A DNA stretch of 63,102 nucleotides, the filler included. It is 14 parts of 14 records of this genome, joined end to end, with 100 filler letters (N's around TTAATTAATTAA, not from the genome) between each part and the next. Parts side by side here need not be neighbours in the genome. Positions count along the whole stretch, not along the records: positions 54,390 to 59,998 come from SRR15195285_5070; positions 60,099 to 63,102 come from SRR15195285_5111; 12 more parts are not named here. One strand, written 5' to 3'. Positions 58,856-63,102 of this stretch are shown in pieces (position 1 is the stretch's first letter; each line of letters begins with the position of its first letter). The translations under genes were made by a program, and so were the position numbers. The notes below the pieces were generated by a model. That model worked only from the letters and a program-made list of their open reading frames with translations, did no database searches and had not been told where the DNA came from.

Positions 58856-60098
58856 GTGTATAGAAGATGGGCCGTTGCGCTGCCTCGAGCAGCTAGGCCG
58901 TACAAATTATGTATTGCACACCATGGGGGACGTTCGTATCGGTAGAGGGGTCATATATGAAAGGCTACCACCCACCTCCTTCCATTCGCGCAATCCTCTC
59001 AAAACAAAAGTCACCTTGTTCCATATGTAGATGAAGGCACCCGTGAAAGCAACAGTGGGCGGATGGTACGCTTTGGCAAACGTTCAGCAAGTAATGAAGC
59101 TTGCGCCTCTCGTCGCCACGGTTCCGTCTCTGCTGCCGCCACTGCTGTTGTCTGAATCAGGACCTGCAGCTACCAGCAGTTCTTGCTGCGCAAGGACCTC
59201 ATTACCAACACATGTCCAGCCCTGCTCGACAGAGAATGCAATCCGAACGGTAGCAAAGGTCAGAACTGTCAGCACCAACCAATACCGGGGCTTGTGTGCC
59301 TTGTGGAAGTGAAATTTGTGTGTTTACCGATCGCAGACACCGTGCAAATAGCTCCAATCTTTCACCCCCCACCACAGTGCTAGCACCGTTCGCATCTCCT
59401 GCCCCGCCTCGATCTTTTGTGTGCTGTGGCCTGCGAGTGAAACATCTGTTTAGCAATTCGTCGAGCTGTGGTTTAGCAGAGTGAACCATCGGGACAGAGC
59501 AAAACACTTGCTTCAGCGGCACCCGCCACAGTTCACCGAGCTCGCCCTGCTCCTCACCGCAGCAACCATGCCCATGCGTGTCGCTGCTGCCACTGGCAGC
59601 ACTAGCCGGAGATGAGGTGTGGGAATGCCTTCGCCATGGAGGCAGCCAGTAGCTCCGCTCCTCCTCGCAACCAACACTAGTCCTGAGATCTGGCACTTTC
59701 CGATCCATCCCCCCGATGTCTGCGCAACTAGCATCATCGCCAATGTTATGAGCGGAAGGATCACGCGAGAACGATCCATGGGTGGACGGCGGCGGGATGA
59801 CTCCAATGACAAGCGGTTCAAATGGCTTCCGCTCGCGGTGGCTGTCGATTGGCATCACGGGACTTCCATCGTTGCAAACCTTGAGCCAAAACCAAGTCGT
59901 AATGTAGCAGACACCCCAGCGAGGGAAAACAGTGTTGACCAGCCAATCCCAGTAGCTGGACTTGTTAGTGACCCATACCGCGACTAAGCAACCAGCACNN
60001 NNNNNNNNNNNNNNNNNNNNNNNNNNNNNNNNNNNNNNNNNNTTAATTAATTAANNNNNNNNNNNNNNNNNNNNNNNNNNNNNNNNNNNNNNNNNNNN

Positions 60099-61263
60099 CC
60101 CGTTCCTCGTCCGTGGGCCAGGCATTCCTCAGGGTTTCAACCTCGATAAAATCGTCGGCAATATTGACTTAGCGCCAACCTTCCTCGCGATCGCAGGTAC
60201 AACAGCAAGTGAACCTTGATGCTTAACGTCCCCAACTGCCGTTCATCCAACCTGCTGGACTGTGGTGATTGTGTTGCAGGCATTGATATTACCTCTGTAC
60301 ACCCGGTGATGGACGGTCGCTCAATTTTGCCACTCGTTACCGCTCCAGCTACAACAAACGGCAAAAAGAATAGCGACACTGCCAGCACCACCGAGATAGA
60401 GCTGCGCGACGGCAATCCACCGAAAGCATGCTCACCAGGTGTGCATTACAACATTAGGAGCGTCTGTAGCTTGTGTTGTACAACGGAAATCCAAGCGGCA
60501 TGTGACAAATGTGCTTCCATACTGCAGACCCGTGCAATGGTCATGGGATGTGCATGGAGCCACTCAATCCCCAATGCTTCTGCAATCAGCAGTACACCGG
60601 CCTCCGCTGCGAGCGTTGCTCCGCCGGCCACGAGAATTACCCGGCGTGCACGGAGGTGCCGTGGCGCGAGAAATTCCTCTTCGAGTACTTCAATGACCTT
60701 TGTGCATTACGATTGTTTTCATATTGACCTATCGGCTAAAAGTTTCTCAAATTGACGTTCTAATTGCTAAAACTGGCCTACCTTACTTGCGGAACAGGTA
60801 CTACCCTATACAGAACTTTGAGACTGCCGCACAGATTGCTGCCGGCGCCCGCGTCAACGACTCTCCAGACAATACGTTTCGCGCCCTGCGAATTCACAAT
60901 GACACTCATGATATGGTCTACGCGGAAGTAAGAAATTGCATCGCATCGGTATGGGCTTGTATAACTAGCTAGTTGTGCTGCGTAACGTGATGGAAATTTG
61001 TTGTGCGCTGCAGGTCACAACACTGAAGGATTGGTTTTTCGAGGCGGTGCTTCATTACGAGTTGTACGACATGCGTGCGGATCCCTTTCAAGTGCGTCGT
61101 CAGTCACACTCAATGCCTCTTCACCCCTGCTCTACTGATCTGACTGGATTGTGGTCTTGATCAGTTGGACAACATTTACGACAAGGCGTCAATGGCGACG
61201 TTGAAGGAGCTCCACGCGGACTTGCTTCATCTTTTCGATTGTGAAGGATCGGGGTGCCCCTAA
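60099..61263 (+). CDS. Sulfatase (N-acetylglucosamine-6-sulfatase-like) C-terminal part with EGF insert; 5' partial
   Basis: 'PFLVRGPGIP', 'NIDLAPTFLAIAG', 'MDGRSILPL', 'WREKFLFEY', 'NTFRALRI', 'ELYDMRADPFQ|LDNI', 'CEGSGCP*'; several GT-AG introns. Confidence 0.88.
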
Positions 61264-61341
61264 GAAGGACTGCCATGCTACGTTGTAGATCAATCGTTTC
61301 ACATTTGGGCACAATAAGTCACTTCGGTGCATGCTCTAGAA

Positions 61342-62149
61342 CTAGTACCATGTCTCTACCACCTTCTGTAGCGCCGCGCTCTTGCTCGCAATAAGGCTTG
61401 CATGCTCGGGAGCACCCGCGACATTGTTAGAATAGCCTGTCCAATTTTCAGCGCAGTAAGACCCGAGATGTCAAGGTATACCGATAACAATATCTTCGGT
61501 TGGTGAAAGGAACACAGCAGGCGGTCCACAAGACCGCCCACAATCCCAGGGAGGAGGAGTGCCGTGGCATGTAGTAGTGTGGGTGCAACTACAAGAAATG
61601 AGCAACCCACCATCGAAGTCGAAGTCGGACCCAGTGTCCCCGTCGAGGTTGTACAACTCATATGCTGCTACGCGCGTCCAGTCTACTCGCTGTGTGGCAT
61701 TCACCATAGGCACCCCTGTCATGCGAGCAGTCCGCAAAGGTCAATCTCAGCTGTTGACTGGCCTTGGAGCGTTTGATACTGCTCCAACTCACACGCTGTG
61801 AACCGGAAATGCTGATCCCGGACACTGTAACCCATGTAGTCGAACTCTCCGAGCGGAGTGTGGATGCAACGGCCCGCACCGCATTCTTGTCCCGTCCACG
61901 TCAGTACACCGGTGCCTTCTGGCGCGGGTTGTCCTGTATCAGCAACAAACGAGTACTAAGCTTTGCTTTCCACCTCAGAATTCCAATGCAGGTGCAATCG
62001 CATCGTTGTTATTGCTTTCAGTCTGTAGACAAGAAAACGAAAAATCGTGGTTTTGAACTACCATGCTGTATTGTGTAGTTCTGGCAAGCGCAGGACCCAA
62101 TTTGTGAGTACGCGAGCTTGGCAGGCAGTGCCTTGACATCCTTAAACAC
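61342..62149 (-). CDS. Iduronate-2-sulfatase-like C-terminal fragment, 4 exons, no 5' part present
   Basis: Spliced product 'VFKD..AYSQ..C...YMGYSVRDQHFRFTA|WVPM...ELYNL...NNVAG...TWY*'; begins at an AG acceptor (62151-62150). Confidence 0.75.
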
Positions 62150-62231
62150 CTGCTCCATGCAACATTGGCTAACGCCTGATGCTTTTCGGCATTGAATTTC
62201 TGCCAACCGTCTCTGGTGCTTGCAATCACAG

Positions 62232-63102
62232 TGGTGGCCGCAGTCGCATGCTGATGTCATTGTGTGGAAGCTGCTGAAAGGTACCACCACTGACGAGGTA
62301 CGAATGCTGCACTCCCTGTCAGCTGGCTGCTGAAACTTGGGCTTTTCAAGACCTGTTTGGTTTTGGGCGTGTCTAGGGGTACTTCCCACCCGAGTGTGAT
62401 ATCGTGTCGATATTTATGGATCAGTGCGACGGACAGTTCACCATGACCGAGGCTGAGGCGATCGCCAGCCTTGGCAAGGGGCCCGATGATGAGTACGCAG
62501 CCTTCACGGCGGCGAGTGCCTCACAGTCGAAGGACAATGGTGTCGGTATTGCCACTGCAGCCGGTATTCCGGTCTGCGCGTCGATCAAGCAGGCCCTGCA
62601 GATCGGCGACGGGTCCAAGCTGAACGTGGATGGTGTCGTGCTCATCGGCGAGCATGGCGACTATCCGGCAGACGAGTTTGGTCGGCACATGTACCCACGC
62701 AAACACCTGTTCGAACAGATCGCTGGCGTCTTTGCCGCGAGTGGCAAGAGTGTTCCCGTCTTCAACGATAAACACTTTTCATACAACATGGAGGACGGTC
62801 CGCGCGTCCATTGACCGGATGTCCCAACGCGCCATTGTAGCGTTGTTGCAATCATCCTAACTACCAGTATGATTCTGTGACGGTCGTCCAGGATTGTGGA
62901 TGTGGAATCGCGCCAAGGAGCTCGACATACCGCTGTTTGCAGGATCGTCATTAGTAGTCTGCTATCGTACGCACAACGCACTGAGGCTTGCGCAGCAGCA
63001 GAGCAGTTGTTCACTCTTTGCTGATGCAACACGGTCGGCCGCCACATCGATGCCATGTGCTGACTGTTGCCGTGCGTAGGCCGTCCATTCCTCGAACATA
63101 AG
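62232..63102 (+). CDS. Intron-containing member of a bacterial-type conserved hypothetical family (GEHGDYP / VPVFNDKH motifs); both ends missing
   Basis: Spliced 'WWPQSHADVIV...DE|GYFPP...VDGVVLIGEHGDYP...YPR...VPVFNDKHFSY..|WMWNRAKELDIPLFAGSS..R|RPFLEH'. Introns 62298-62376, 62798-62891 and 62967-63079. Confidence 0.8.

Noticed and set aside
3595..60098. Regularly recurring TTAATTAATTAA motif that could be read as a CRISPR-like or biological repeat
   Set aside because: It is always centred in identical N padding and stops all six frames, so it is an artificial contig joiner. ORFs running into X residues are artefacts.
4176..62149. Apparent polysaccharide-utilisation cluster (GH10, GH2, sulfatases, PAE, LPMO)
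   Set aside because: The genes lie on different concatenated contigs, so linkage is unknown. They show genome-wide enrichment, not an operon-like system.
5411..63079. Introner-like mobile introns or non-canonical splicing
   Set aside because: The introns I resolved are GT-AG and do not visibly share sequence with one another.

Overview
The window is not one locus. It is 14 short contigs (about 3-6.6 kb) joined by 100-nt artificial spacers (N44-TTAATTAATTAA-N44) at 3595-3694, 8432-8531, 15111-15210, 19032-19131, 22151-22250, 28554-28653, 31658-31757, 37684-37783, 42960-43059, 46061-46160, 49516-49615, 54290-54389 and 59999-60098. Adjacency across spacers carries no meaning. The DNA is GC-rich, gene-dense and eukaryotic: many short GT-AG introns restore conserved protein motifs when spliced. 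It most plausibly comes from an aquatic protist MAG or SAG (inference; the lineage cannot be assigned here). Eukaryotic housekeeping genes include a SMYD-type SET protein, a RAD16-like SNF2 helicase, kinesin-4, an NCKX exchanger and a prolyl 4-hydroxylase. There are many secreted glycan and sulfate enzymes: GH10, GH2, three sulfatases, a pectin-acetylesterase-like gene and a His-brace LPMO-like gene. Several decayed or 5'-truncated gene fragments are present. The most notable observations are an EF-hand protein with three ubiquitin-tail-like RVRGG motifs (candidate protease-processed polyprotein), the six-exon LPMO-like gene, an apparently circularly permuted Cys module inside the GH2, two head-to-head junctions of 5'-truncated genes, and intron-containing genes of bacterial-looking families. 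No rRNA, tRNA, CRISPR array or recognisable transposase was seen. All family assignments come from motif recognition, not database searches.
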